DNA of 61,861 nucleotides, the filler included, from Syncephalis fuscata S228 (Eukaryota > Fungi > Zoopagomycota): the NCBI GenBank assembly GCA_025786725.1. It is 5 parts of 5 records of this genome, joined end to end, with 100 filler letters (N's around TTAATTAATTAA, not from the genome) between each part and the next. Parts side by side here need not be neighbours in the genome. Positions count along the whole stretch, not along the records: positions 1 to 15,183 come from JAHLTZ010000221.1; 4 more parts are not named here. One strand, given 5' to 3'. Below the pieces are notes generated by a model. That model searched no databases. It was given only the letters and a program-made list of their open reading frames with translations, and was not told the DNA's origin. The stretch's first letter is position 1; every line of letters starts with the position of its first letter. The position numbers and the translations under genes are program-made. Below are positions 1 to 13,700 of this stretch, piece after piece.

Positions 1-1313
1 TTCAGATAGCCTAATTGCTGGTCTCGTTGCTTGTTTATCTGATTCTCGAATGGAATCTCCCAGGCATATCTAGAAAAGCTGTTATCCAATGTTTGGTTTA
101 TATAATTACTATTACATACAGTTTTATCAATTCAATGCCTTCTAACAAGTCACCTATCCTAGAGATAAGTGTATCCTATCAAGATAAATCAGTTAACATT
201 AAATGTTGTAACACGGAATACCTACTCGAGTAGCACTAATTTCATCGAAAACGACCGTGTAATGGGCTAGCAGCCAGCCTTGAGCCGGTCCTGAAATGGC
301 GTACAAGGCCAATCCCACAAATATTGACCAGCCCAACTGCAGATATAGCCCAACGACAGATAGTATACTGGTAATAGGACTCATCCATAAATAGTGTAAG
401 TGCTCTGCCGTCATATCAAAGCAGCTCGCATCATTAGACACTAGGTTGACTATTTGGCCTGTGTGCGTTGAAGCTGTAATTGGTAGTTTTAAAGCCTTGC
501 GATACAGCATAGCTAGCAATAAATATAAGTTAGCTGTATCTAATACATAACTCTTCGCCTACTAATCATGCCTGTTTGGGCACGGAAGCCCAAACGAGCG
601 GTTGCAAACTCATATTGCCCAAACAAAATAGTGCGAAGCAACATAGATATTAAAAGACCTGCACCCATCCAAATGACTAACAAACCAGCAGTGAATGCGT
701 CAGCTGTATTAATCGGCAGACTATTACTACTACTTACCACACCGATGCTTTCATTCGGGGTTTCTACACTTTTGATAACCATCCTATATACAAAAATTAG
801 AATAACTATCTAATACTTAGGTTTAGCATAAATTACCAAAGCATAAAGACGTTAAGAAGGCGTACCATGCTCATAAAGAAGCATATGATACCAGAGATAA
901 CTATACGATATTTTAATGCTTTCGCGCACACCAGCCATAGACGCGGTTGCTTTTGATCAGCTATTCGGGTCTTTTCTATTTCCCATTGTATTTGTAAATC
1001 ATCAGCCAATTTATCACTGCTTTCCTTTTCACTATTATTCGAAAAAGCAGCAATGATTAGTTATTAATACCGATGTATTCTAATTATTTGCCATCATTTA
1101 TTTAACATATTATTACGCAAGATAAACCCACCTCAGTTTAGGCAAATCCTCGCTGGATAAGTCACGTTTTCGTCCAAGTAAGATAAGCGGCGTTACCCAG
1201 TGGAAAAACAGTCGAGAAATCCAATTGGCAGCATCCAAAGTAGAATGCTCAATAGCATCATTTAGCTTTGGTTTGCCGAGTTTTACGGCGTTTTTATCGC
1301 TTGAGTCTTTCAT
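1..1313 (-). CDS. ABCC/MRP-type ABC transporter, 5' part (multi-exon, runs off window start)
   Basis: Exon peptides ANWISRLFFHWVTPLILLGRKRDLSSEDLPKL (lasso motif), LYRKALKL..TGQIVNLVSND..HLHYLW and GIELIKLYAWEIPFENQI are ABCC TMD1 signatures; GT-AG introns. Confidence 0.9.
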
Positions 1314-1431
1314 CCTAAATAATGATATTCATAGATTGTTGTATAATTTTTGTGTAATAAACAGCAGTTTCGGGGTACAAATTTGATTTTAAGTACTATT
1401 AAGTAGGGCTTACAATAATAAGATACGCTGA

Positions 1432-1831
1432 TGGGGGACGTTGCTAGCCCAGTTGGTAAGGCAGCGTCTCCCGAGCTGAAGGCTCCGGGTTCAAACCTCA
1501 GTTTGAATCAATCCTTAAGTGGAAAATCCCCCCCTCCAGTTTTCTCTAGTTAACAAATTGCAAACCAGAACCCAATAAGTAGGTCCGGAAACAAGACCTT
1601 GGCCAGAATAGCCGAGGAAAACCCAATTGGGACCAACTTCAAGAGAATAGTGCTGTGTAGCACCATTTAAAGGAAGATGGCCCCCGTGTAAAATCTATAT
1701 GGACCAGATTTTGCGCAAAAACGTGGCAGTCCACCCGTTAAAAGTTTGGAAAAGTCCAAATATAGTGGGAAGCAGCGCAAATTCTTTAATTATGCGCAGC
1801 GGGGGCTCACAAGCTCTTCAAAATAAAATAA
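1432..1831 (+). mobile_element. tRNA-derived SINE, family A (400 bp)
   Basis: 18-bp TSD AATAATAAGATACGCTGA at 1414-1431 and 1832-1849; A-box-like TAGCCCAGTTGG; B-box GGTTCAAACC; (AAAAT)n tail; GC-rich island in AT-rich DNA. Confidence 0.88.
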
Positions 1832-2870
1832 AATAATAAGATACGCTGAAATACAAAAAATGAGAGTCAATTTTCGTATTTTAGAGAAAGATTTTTGTCC
1901 CATTTTATTGCTTCCGCCTTGACTCATTTTGAAAAAGCAGAGCTTCGCATTGGTGCATATTAAACTAAAATAGACACAGCCATTCAGCCAGTTTTTCCGT
2001 TATTCCCTTTGGTCTGATTGGTTTTAATGCTGTTGCTTCTCAAAAGTATGGTGCAGCAGGTGTGATTTTCGTGGCACAGTGCTGCATAATACAATATAAT
2101 GCGCTTTATTAAATTAGAAAATCATTCAAAATGACGGCATGAGTCATAAAATATACATAGTAGTTACGAAACAAAATAGCTTTTATTGGGAACATTTTAA
2201 TCAGTGCCTTTGTTATTCCGCCATAATTTATTTCCTGTATAATGACATGTGCCTAAAACAAATATGTAAAAATATAGCTGAAAACAAGCTAGAAATTCAA
2301 AGTAGATGGTTATAATTTAAAGAAATATTTTATATTTAAAATAATAATATTGTTAATGCTATATCTTTTTAAACCGCACATATTAAATACTAGGATGAAT
2401 AGTGAAATAATAGCAGACGTGCAGTTAATTTTATTTAAGCTTTTTTACATTGCTTTAAAACTTTGTTCTTATATAGGCACATGTTTCAAAACATCTTTGT
2501 AAACATATTTCTGTTAGTGTAGCTTATATATCATTTTAATTTATTATAGTTTGTAATTTGCAAATGTTAATTGCATGAATGCCGTATTCTATACAACGAT
2601 GCCACGTTTAATTCATTACCATTATTTTAATTTTAATATACGCCTGTACTGTTGAATACCAGCTAAATCAACATGTATTAGTACTATCAAATAACGTAAT
2701 TAACCACCTAAATGCTTTCATAACTCTGGCTTAACGCAATACATTAAAAATACACACATAAAATATAACAAAAAACAAAATCTAAACACTTTAAATTAGC
2801 TAATCCCAAATAATGCTCCATTCACATAATAATAATAATAGGCGTAGTTTATAGTATACAACAGATAACG

Positions 2871-4203
2871 CTATACAATTTTTATACGATTAATATCTTC
2901 TTCCACCTCTTTAATGGCATCTAATAACTCGCCATGTTCATTAGCAATTTGCACATATTCTACTCCGGCACTCTGATATTCATGCAGCTTGGCATTATCT
3001 TCACTAAACGCCTTTTGAATTTCTGCTTGCTGCATAAGTAGCTTATCTCTAAATGACAATCAGATTAGAAACTTTATCAACTTACGTCGATTATTAGCAC
3101 ATACCGAATACAGCGCAGTGCATCTGGTGCATGGCCCGAGTAAATCTGCCGTAGTACTTGCGCCTTTTGCACGCTAGTATCAACTAATGAGTACACACTG
3201 TCAGCAATGCAGCCTAATATTATGCTTACTTGAGCTTTCGCTTTATATTGTCAGCCACGCCAGAGAAATAGTCAGAAAAGGCCGTTAGTACCTCTGTCGA
3301 TTGAGGATCGGCCACCCGCTCTAACATGAGATTAAGCGTCTCTTCTTCTATCTAGCACCATTGGGTTAGTAATCAACAGATTATAAATCAAATAGTTATA
3401 TAATAGCTTACCTGGACACAACTCCATGTTTCATTTATCATCTGCATTTCCATTGCATCGCAGCGTTGTCTTAGTTCCAAACAAGCCGCTACTCGTTGCT
3501 CCACATCCTCGACAATATTCTCGAGCTGTTCTAGGCTTGGTGGTATTTCCATTGAATGATCGTCCGAATCATCATTATCAATATTTGCTATTTGCGCAAC
3601 AGTGTGCGACAAGTTCACCAGCCATTGCTCAAGCCATCCTTCGAATTCTATGGTCATTTCCTACTATTTTATTAGACATGAATAATGATTTTATACAACT
3701 CCTACCTTGGATATGGCCAAATGCCGTACATCTCGGCCAATCAGTGGATCTGAAGGCTGCACACCCAATGGACGTGTTGACTGATCCTGTTCGTCAATGG
3801 AGTTGATGTGCAATGGATCGGTTATTAAACGATAATCACTGCACTCATCCGCAACTAATCTCTATTTCTATCGATTAATTGCCAGGCTTATTACCCCTAA
3901 CTAAGTGCTTTTACCTGCCGTATACCTTCCAGCCATGTGGCGTAGTTTGTTGATGCACAAGCATTTTTTGTAAGCAATACATTATCCAACAATGCTTGAT
4001 ACAACAAACTTGCTTGATAATACAAGTGTCGCGTCTCGTTGTTTTCAGCCTAGTTATGTATTAAGTATTGCATCAAGCAAACAACTATTACTTACACGTT
4101 TGAGCTGGTCTGCAATTAAGCGTTGTGTACCATTAGCAGTTAGGAATCGTGTATAAATATCAGTGACGAGATGAGTTAACGAATTATCGTTTGGTCTCGT
4201 CAT
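2871..4203 (-). CDS. HAUS4: Augmin complex subunit 4 (HAUS4/Aug4)-like coiled-coil protein, multi-exon
   Basis: Spliced C-terminus KLSVQKAQVLRQIYSGHAPDALRCIRDKL...KLHEYQSAGVEYVQIANEHGELLDAIKEVEEDINRI resembles the HAUS4 pattern (recognised from memory); ATG at 4203. Confidence 0.6.
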
Positions 4204-4386
4204 TGCGCGCAGGATCAGTAGACATGTTAGTAAAAAATGGTAAGAAATAAAACAAAAAGCTATGATTTAATTGCTCTCTTTATTTTCTACATGTTCTATT
4301 GTCTATTTATCATGAATTTTAATAATTATTGATGCTACACTATAAATATTGTCTAATATGCAATGACGCGTCATAACAAACGCTAT

Positions 4387-4854
4387 TTATTCTTTTGGAT
4401 GATATGGACGGCCATACTAGTATTATCATTATCATTATTATAATAGTGTCAGTATACAGTTTAACATCCCTTATCCTCCTGCTATCATAGCTTACCGTCG
4501 GGAAAGGAGAGCGTTCCCATTTGGTGCCTCCTGGTGCCAAAGGAGCTAGCAAGTTTACAGCCATTGCAACAATGCAATTGTAGATATACAGATTAATACA
4601 ACTATGGCCATCGTGACAATATACCTACGTTTGTAAGGATCTGGATGTTGGTATTCCTTTAATTCCTTCTCAGCCTGCACGCACAGCTGCTCCGCTTCGC
4701 GTAGTGTGGCCACGTTACGATTAGCTTCAAAGCGATCGCGGATCTTGAGTGCCTGAGGACGCCATGTATCCAGTGTTAGATACCAATCCAAAGATGTTTT
4801 AAGGGCGCGTCTATAAAGACTTTTCACCCGGGCAACATGAGCAGCCTGCGACAT
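4387..4854 (-). CDS. NDUFB9: Complex I B22 subunit (LYR family), 3 exons
   Basis: VKSLYRRALK..DW..ALKIRDRFEANRNV..HPDPYK|PPLAPGGTKWER; last exon YGRPYHPKE*. Confidence 0.9.
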
Positions 4855-6067
4855 GATATCAGTATGGAATGTGTGTGTTGGTTAGCAAACAGTACTGAAT
4901 CAACGATAATAAGGCAATCAGTGCTGGTGTTAACAGACGTGATAATAATAGAACAAATAGGAACGGAGTTGTAACTGATAGAGGTGTGTGTTATGAATTG
5001 AATTTAAAATTGGATCCATCCACCTTCACTTCTATTTTACACAGCCCACATGCACACACACACACACACGATACACACACGTACATGCACACAGTAACAG
5101 CAATGCCAATCTACTCACAATGGTCGCTGTATGAATTATGCCTATGATCAAGCTGATTATAACAGGTTAGAGAATGGTTAAAGCTAAATCGTGGCGATGT
5201 TATCTTTAAACCTTGACAACAATAAAATGAAGTGAACAATCAAAACCTGCCAACTAAGAGTGAGAAAGTGTATTTACGAACACACGTGTATATAGACATG
5301 TATGCATGTAGCGTATATATGCGCGCGTCTAATCTCCTCTCCTCTTCTCTTCTTAATTCCACCGTCAGGAGGTGAGAATGGCCTAAAAGAGCCAAAATGG
5401 GACTCGTGGTCAAGGTTACACATTCTCCATTATACTGCTGCGCTTTTGCTCCATACACACACACTCACTCACTCACTCAATTACCGCCATTGATACTGCT
5501 TCGTTCATTCGCTCGTTCACCAGAGTAGATTACCATCTTTCTCTTCCCTTTACCTTTTAAACCACCACAACCTTAGTTCTTATTCACTCATATCAAGCTA
5601 GTTGGTCTTGTTTGACGCCATCCTACCCGTTGGCCGTTCATCTATTTGTTACTAGGCACATCGGGACCTGTGCACTACTGCTTTGTTAATCGTTCATCAC
5701 TAACTGTTCCTAGTGCTCGTACGTACCGCGACGAGCCGTGTATAAACGCTTGTCTAAGGTGTGTTTGCTTATCTGCTTACTTACGCCGCCATAGTTCCTA
5801 CCGGTCGAACTAGTTTCTCATTCGCGTGCGATTGCGCGCATCATTTATCTTTCCTTGCAGGTAAGCTGATCCCTGGCCAATCTATGCTTTGCTGGCCAAT
5901 AAGTTAGAAAAGTACCTATTTAGTCTGCACTTAGCCTTTAATAGCGAGCTATTGAAATGAGCATATAGCGATGTGAATGATGGCCATTAGAAGCAATTCT
6001 AACGCGTGTTTATTATTGGGTTACTATAGCTCTTATACTGGCGTCCAAATCGGACTAAGTTGTTTCC

Positions 6068-8823
6068 ATGATGAAAGGATTAAAGAATCGCATGGTAAGT
6101 GCATTGAAATGATAATGCTGAGTAGTTAGTAACAGCGATCTACTGTAACATATTAGCTTTCGCGAAAGAAACCAAACGAGAGTCAGGATGCCGCACAAAC
6201 CTCCGCCAATGTAGTAAGTGTTTTTGTTTGTTTGTTTGTTTGTTTGTTTGTTATTAGAGCATATGGCCATGTACTTGTTAATTTTAACCAATTATTAGAC
6301 GGCGGGTAATAATAATGGAGCGGCCGGTGTTCAGCAATCTCAATCGCAACAGCAATTATCGAGTGCTACGCAGCATACACCCAAGAAGGAGGTGCCAAAA
6401 AGTGCATCGTTGAGTCGTCTTAAACTGGCTCACGACTCGATTCCCATGTTGAAATCACCGGCACGGCAACCATCATCACGTTTCCACGCTGCCGGCCGAG
6501 TCGAATTAGAGCGTTTGCCTGGCCTGCATGGTAAATGATTTGCATACAATTTTAGAAACAGCCTCACTAATAACGGCAATAATGTTAAACGCACATTGAT
6601 GGCCATTTGTTGTTTAAACAGAGGTGCGGGACAATGACCGCCATGAGCTATTTATTCGCAAGATTCGCCAGTGTTCAGTGGTGTTCGACTTTACGGATCC
6701 GCTGGCGGATCTACAAGGCAAGGACATTAAACGCCAAACTCTTTCGGAATTGGTCGAATATATTACTACTCAGCGCAATGTTATCATTGAGCAAGTATAC
6801 CCAGAAGTGTTTTCAATGGTGCGTGTATAGCTTACTGGCTGTTAAAATAGCCATTATTGTAGTAGTAGTAGTAATAGTAGTAGTAAAACTGTTACTAATT
6901 GCATATAATATAGTTTGCTAGCAATTTATTCCGGCCCATTCCGCCACAAGTCAATCCTTCTGGCGATGCCTATGATCCAGAGGAGGATGAGCCTGTTTTA
7001 GAAATGGCTTGGCCTCACCTGCAAATGATATATGAATTCTTTTTACGCTTTGTTGAGTCACCTGAATTCAGTGCCAATGTTGCGAAAAAGTATATTGATC
7101 AGAATTTTATTCTTCAGGTAACTTGGTTTAAAAATGGCCATGCCATACTATAATTACACTCTAATGGCTAACTATTGTACAGCTACTCGATCTGTTCGAC
7201 AGTGAAGATCCACGTGAACGTGACTTTCTCAAAACAACATTGCATCGTATTTACGGCAAATTCCTTAACTTGCGTGCATTTATTCGACGTTCTATCAACA
7301 ACATTTTCTTCCAATTTATATATGAAACAGAACGGCATAACGGTGTAGCGGAGTTGTTAGAAATTTTGGGCAGGTAATGATCGCTAAACAGCCATAATGG
7401 CATTGGAGTCGTGGCAATTAACAGACTAGTTACTAATGAGCTAATATAGTATTATCAACGGATTTGCATTACCGCTTAAAGAAGAACATAAAATATTCCT
7501 TACAAGAGTGCTCATTCCTTTGCACAAAGTCAAATCACTAATTCTTTACCATCCTCAACTGGCCTACTGTGTCGTACAGTTCTTGGAAAAGGATCCAACA
7601 CTGACAGAAGAGGTGAGTGATGAGCGAGTATTATGGAAGAATAAAGGCTGATTTGCAATATTAGGTGGTAACAGGATTACTACGTTATTGGCCCAAGGTC
7701 AACAGTCCAAAGGAAGTTATGTTTTTAAACGAACTAGAAGAAATTCTCGATGTGATCGAGCCACAAGAGTTTACAAAGATTTGTACACCTTTGTTCCAAC
7801 AAATGGCACGATCTGTGGCTAGTCTTCATTTCCAGGTAAATAGATGAGCAAGATGACTGAGAAAGTATGTGACAGCTAATCCAATTTAACCGGTAATTAC
7901 TATTAGGTGGCTGAACGAGCTTTATATTACTGGAACAATGAATACATCGTTAATCTTATTGCAGAGAATATAAAAATTATTATGCCTATTATGTTCGGCG
8001 CATTGTACAAACATAGTAAAACGCATTGGAATAGGTAAATATTTTAGAACATAAGATGATGTACACATCTTTTGTTATAAATTGTTTAAATGCTAATGAC
8101 AACTCTATCAATAGCACAATTCACGGCCTTGTATTTAGCGCACTTAAGACAATGATGCAAATGGATCCAGTGCTGTTCGACGACTGTTCCGAAGAATACA
8201 AGGCTTCACGCGCCGAGTAAGTAGTTACTTACAGCTGATCTTGGTTTATTATAGCTAATATACGATAATAATTAGAAATCGAAAGAAACAAAAGGATCTT
8301 GATGACAGTTGGCGCAAATTGGAAGAGGCTGCAGCTAATAATGCCTCTAAAAACCCAGAACTTCAAGCCAAGAACGTTACTTTAATCAATCCCAACGCTT
8401 TCGATCACGGCCAATTGAATGGTAATGCTATAAATAATACGTATGAATCTGCACGTATTAACCTTATAATTAGGCGATACTCTCGAAAATGCCGATTCAA
8501 GTATGGATTCAGACAATGACGATAATGATGAGTTGGCAGCAGCAGACGATGACGACGGAGAAGAGGATGGTGATTTAATTGCTCAAGATTTGGTAAATAT
8601 TTATAAAAAATATGTATAACATGAGCATTTAAACTAACACCCAACACATCGGTTTTAGGAGCAATTTGAACCAACTGGACCACCTGGACCAATATTCCGC
8701 CGTAAATCGGTGCTACCGGTCGATGAACAAGTGGTGATTGAATTGTCGCGCCATAAAAGTTTGGACGAAAGAATTAACTCGCCAACAACGCCACAACACG
8801 ACGCGGACGCGGACGAGGATTAA
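6068..8823 (+). CDS. RTS1: PP2A regulatory subunit B' (B56), multi-exon
   Basis: [64 protein letters not shown], and C-terminal RRKSVLP. Confidence 0.96.
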
Positions 8824-10125
8824 ACATGAAAGAAGAATAGGATGAAGGCAACAGTGCGACTTGGCCCATATGATAATAGCGTAGTTATAATTTGAAATTT
8901 CAATTCGCACAATATACTGTCTGTGTTTTCGTATAATTAATAGCAACTTCAATAGTATAACTGGCACTGAGATTGCCTAATAATGTGCATAAGATGTGTT
9001 TGCAAATAGACTCAAGTATATTTGTTAATTTCAAGTATGACAAGGCTTCAAAATGATAAATACAGGCTATTGATTTGTTAATCATTAAAAGCAATAATTG
9101 ATATATTGATCTAATAATCGTAATAACGAATAGTTTATATTTATTTGGACTAATGATTAAGAAATTACGTCTATACTAACAATGCTGATATTCGACAATA
9201 CCAGTCTTGCACATTGTAGTATTAATAGCTAAGCAATCGTTTAATGTAATAACTTTTGATTAGTTATTTGATGAATTAAACATTGCAGTTGACTGTTTGT
9301 ACCACAGCTCAAATTGTGTTCTGCCAATTACTAATACTGATTTATTTAGTAATGAGTGTAACATGTGATGGATGTACAATATTTATTATAATCTCAATAC
9401 ACTACAATAAATTTGATAACATTCAATATCTACAATAATCATAGTGTTTATAATACTACACGATAACACAAATAGAATTATACAAGGTTTTTGTGACTGT
9501 ATTACTTTAAACAATGAATATGCAATATTTGTGTTTGTGTAATGTATAATTATTAATAGGGATTACAAAGCTGAAACTATTAGTAATTTATTTTAAGTAA
9601 AGCTGTTACTATATAGTAATGTGTTAGTAAACGGCTATAATCGCCCGTTAGCAAGTTTGTGCTATATATCACATTATAACAGTTCAAATGACAACGTTAG
9701 CAGCAAGTTAAACGCTACAATATTAGAATATCCCATATCTACTGCTTTAATCCACGCGTTTATATTTAGGCTATGCGATAATAGAAAGCAGATTCAAGAC
9801 CAGCTGCCGATATGGCTACATAGCTAGTGGAGATAGATATTGAAAAAAAGGAATAATAATGTAATATCCGCTACAGTTGTACTTGTTACAAATTTAAATC
9901 TACAAATAGTCATTAATACTATTTATTCATATTATTATTAAAGCAATACTATATATAATGGAATAGAGTGGTTATTTAATAGAAAAAAGTGAAAGATAAT
10001 CGTAGACTGTTTATAAATGTTACTCAATATTGTTTCATCTTTTAGTTCCGATTTAGTCCTTTTATTCAATTCACACTCACACCCGTACGACAACAATATC
10101 CATTAGGATTTTCACAGGAACTGGC

Positions 10126-10149
10126 CACACACACACACTCATACAATAC

Positions 10150-10184
<35 letters not shown>
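10126..10184. repeat. (CA)n microsatellite upstream of PBP1
   Basis: Direct reading. Similar CA runs occur at about 5050 and 38450. Confidence 0.9.
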
Positions 10185-10186
<2 letters not shown>

Positions 10187-10712
10187 TCGTTCACTCTTTT
10201 ATAACAGCCTCATCTCTCTCTCTCTTCTTCTTTAGTGCTTCTTCATTATAGCAAACTACATTGCTCTCTCGCTCTCTCGCTCCTTCTCTTACCCTCTATT
10301 TCATTGTCTTTGTCATATTCACACACTAGTTCAATTGAGCATACTACATATCATCGCAAATTGTGCTCTGAACCTTCTTTGTCCATCGCCAGTCTAGTTG
10401 CCAAACCACTGCTTTATCTCGTCTCCTTTTACGTCGTTGAGCGTCGCGTGCTATTGTCTCTGTTTCTCGGTCTTTCTCCTTATTACTCTTGTTCTTTGCC
10501 GACTATTTCATTCTTACGTTTTTATACTGTTAGCGTTCGTTTTCTTTCCTTTTCTTTGTTACAAACAGCAGTGCGTGTACGTGATTGTGTGCGTGTAGAT
10601 TGGGCCACGTGCTATTGTCTTCATTTGACTGGTCAAACTATACACGATTGAATAATCGTGCAGCTCAAACTCTACCAAAAAAGGACTATCATCCTGTTCA
10701 GTAATTGTTACT

Positions 10713-13700
10713 ATGTCAACCAGCGCGCGTGGTGGTCGGAATCGACACAACGCGTTTCCTATCGGGTAGGCATACAGCTGGCTTGGCAAACTAATGTATA
10801 ACAGTGGATCTATTTATGCAATCTAGAACGAATCGTACTGCCGGCGGAGGTGGAAATACAGGCGGCGGCGGCCATAATAACAATAACAACAACAGCAATA
10901 ATAGCAACAACGCTGGTGGAGGCGGAAACAATATGAATAAATCAAAATGGCACTCACAAGGGCCAAGCTCACCTGTCGATCGTTCAATGCAAAGTATGAT
11001 TTATAAATGATTAATATAACTAGCAAGAATTATAATAATAACAGAATAATTAATTTGATTTAATTTGATTTATTTAGACAAAGACAAAGACACGTATATG
11101 ATGCACCAGCATGATCGTGCTCTATTTCTTTTAATGCATTTAGTGGTAGGCTGTTAATATAGAAATTGTGACCATGCTTTAACCAGCTTATTCATTGCCT
11201 TGGCAGGGAACACGCGTAAAAGTGACTGTGAAAGGAGGCACTCAGTATGAGGGTCTTTTCCACGCGGCAGCCACCGAGAGTGAATTGGGCGTTGTTTTGA
11301 AAATGGCTCGTCAATTGCCGGGTAGTAAAACAAAGTCTAACGGGACAGCTAGCGATGAAGCGGATACAGACGCTAATAGCAATTCGCCTGTTCATACATT
11401 AGTCATTCTATCGAAGGATCTATTACAGATGGATGCTGTTAATGTTGATTTTACTGTACCGCAAGCATCGGCTGTCCCACTGCCTGTTAAAACGCCCAAA
11501 TCACCGGCCAGCGATGGTAAATGACATAAATGCGTTTAAATAAGCTATAACTAATTATTTTTTTGGTAATTATAGGTTTCAAGACTGATACAGCGATTAG
11601 TGGCAAAAAAGGAGAAGTACGCGAACGTACATTACGTAAATGGGCCGACTATTCAGATGATGAAGAATTGCCTGAGTTGGGATATCCTTTTAGTTGTTTG
11701 TTTGATATATGCACTAATAATAAGTATTGTATATATGCAGTTAAGCTTTAACCTTTAATGGCCAATGAATACAGATTGGGGCACATCCGAAGACGCGCCA
11801 GCAACTCAGCCATGGGATCAATTTGAGGCTAACAAGAAATTGTTTGGTCTTAAATCAGATTATAATGAAGAGATTTACACTACAAAACTGGATCGTAATA
11901 AGCCAGATTATAAAGAACGAGAGAAAGTGGCTATTAAAATTGCTAATGAGATTATGCGTGTAGGTAGATAGTGTTTATTATTATGCCTTTTAACTGATTT
12001 TACTATTAGACAACAACGGATAATGCACATTTAGCCGAAGAGCGTGGTCAAATTGCTCCAGATGATAATATGGATGAGGAAGATCGGTTAGTAAAACGAT
12101 CATTTAATAATGGCTATGACTAATGATTAATGATTAATTCAATAACTTAATAATTTAGATATGGTGCTGTATTGCGTGCTGCTAAAGGTCCAGTACCCGG
12201 TGCACTTGGCGGTGGTAAAGGTAAATATCAGCCACCTCAATCACGGGCCAAAATGTTACTTCAACAACAACAACAGCAATCTACTACTCAAACAAGTGGA
12301 ACCAGTGCTACAAGTTCCACTCCATTGGTAGTAAAAGCAACTGCAACGAGTACAACTACTCAATCTATCACACAAACTACTAGTTCCCTGCCTAAACAGA
12401 CGCATCCACTGGTAGAGAAGGCAGTACAGAGGCCGCCAGCCAATGGAGCTGTTAGTCCTGTTGCTAGTTCCAGTGCAGCTGCATCGGCTAGTAATCGTAA
12501 ATTGACTTCATCTTATTTGGCCAAACTTAAGAATGATCTACTTAAAGGCATGCCTAAAATTGAAGAGTCGCTAAAAAAGGTCGAATCAGAAAAGAAACCG
12601 TCGACTACAACGGCCGAAGATGCTAGTGCATCCAAATCTCCACCATTGGATTCATTACCGCCAAAAATGCGTCCATTAGCACCAGCACCATCGGCTCAAT
12701 CTGGCTTACCAATCCGCAACAAAGGTAAATAGTAATTATAAATGATTTAATACTAATACTAACACTAACACTAATACTAATAATGACAGATGAACAAACG
12801 GGTGCTACCATTCCCAAAATACCTTTGGATTTATTACGTCCTGGTATGATGGCTCGTAGTACAAGTTCTACTGATGCTTTAGGTGGTGTAACACTGAGCT
12901 CAGTAGCAGCGGATGGAGACAAGTCTCAAAAGGCTCTATTGCGTACAGCATTCCTGGCCAGATTAGATAAGAAAATACACGCAGAAAGAAGTAATAAAAA
13001 GCCAATTGAAGCTCAAGTCGTTGGCACTTTCCGTAAATTTGTATCAACCGAAAAGGAACGTTTACAACAAAAAAAACAAGCGTTAATTCGTAAAGAAAAA
13101 GATTCTCGTATTGCAGAACTGGTTAAATTTGGTCAATCCTTTAAGGTAAGTAATTAATAGTTAATAATATTAATTTAACAATTATTAACTAATAATGTAT
13201 TATTTAATTTATTTGTTTATTTAGTTAAAATTACCTATGCCAGAAGATTTGGTGGATATTGTAACAAATGATCCAAAGAAAAAGCAGCAAATCTTGGAAG
13301 AAAAAGTACATGCTGAAAAGTCTATTTCGACATCAACTACTACTACTAGTATTACTAGTACTACTACAGTTAGTACTACTACTGCTACTACGGCAGAAAC
13401 GACTAAACCAACAGTCAGTGCTACATCATCGACTTCAGAACCAGCAACGAGTAAAACAGAAGATACAAAAACTGCAGTATCGCCACCCGATACTAAGCAA
13501 TCATCTGAGTCAACTGAAACAACATCAGCATCAACTACAACAGTAACTAAAAAAGAGGATACTGAAGTAGAGGAAAAGACCAGCTCTACTACTGCTACAG
13601 CTGAATCAAAAGACAAATCAGCAGTAGTAAAGACAGAGGAAAAGAAACCAGTACTTAGTGCATCTAAATTAAATGCCAATGCAAGTGAGTTTCGTCCCAA

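Noticed and set aside
1433-1510. Possible tRNA gene (also 41375-41457)
   Set aside because: No acceptor stem or cloverleaf; each is the head of a TSD-flanked SINE.
1432-1831. Hammerhead or HDV ribozyme in the SINEs
   Set aside because: No complete CUGAUGA/GAAA core or nested HDV pseudoknot identified by eye.
2245-2484. 11-bp inverted repeat ACATGTGCCTA/TAGGCACATGT
   Set aside because: Too short in AT-rich DNA to support a MITE call.
13221-13700. Antisense ORFs over PBP1, ELL and VSB1
   Set aside because: Shadows of low-complexity sense coding sequence.
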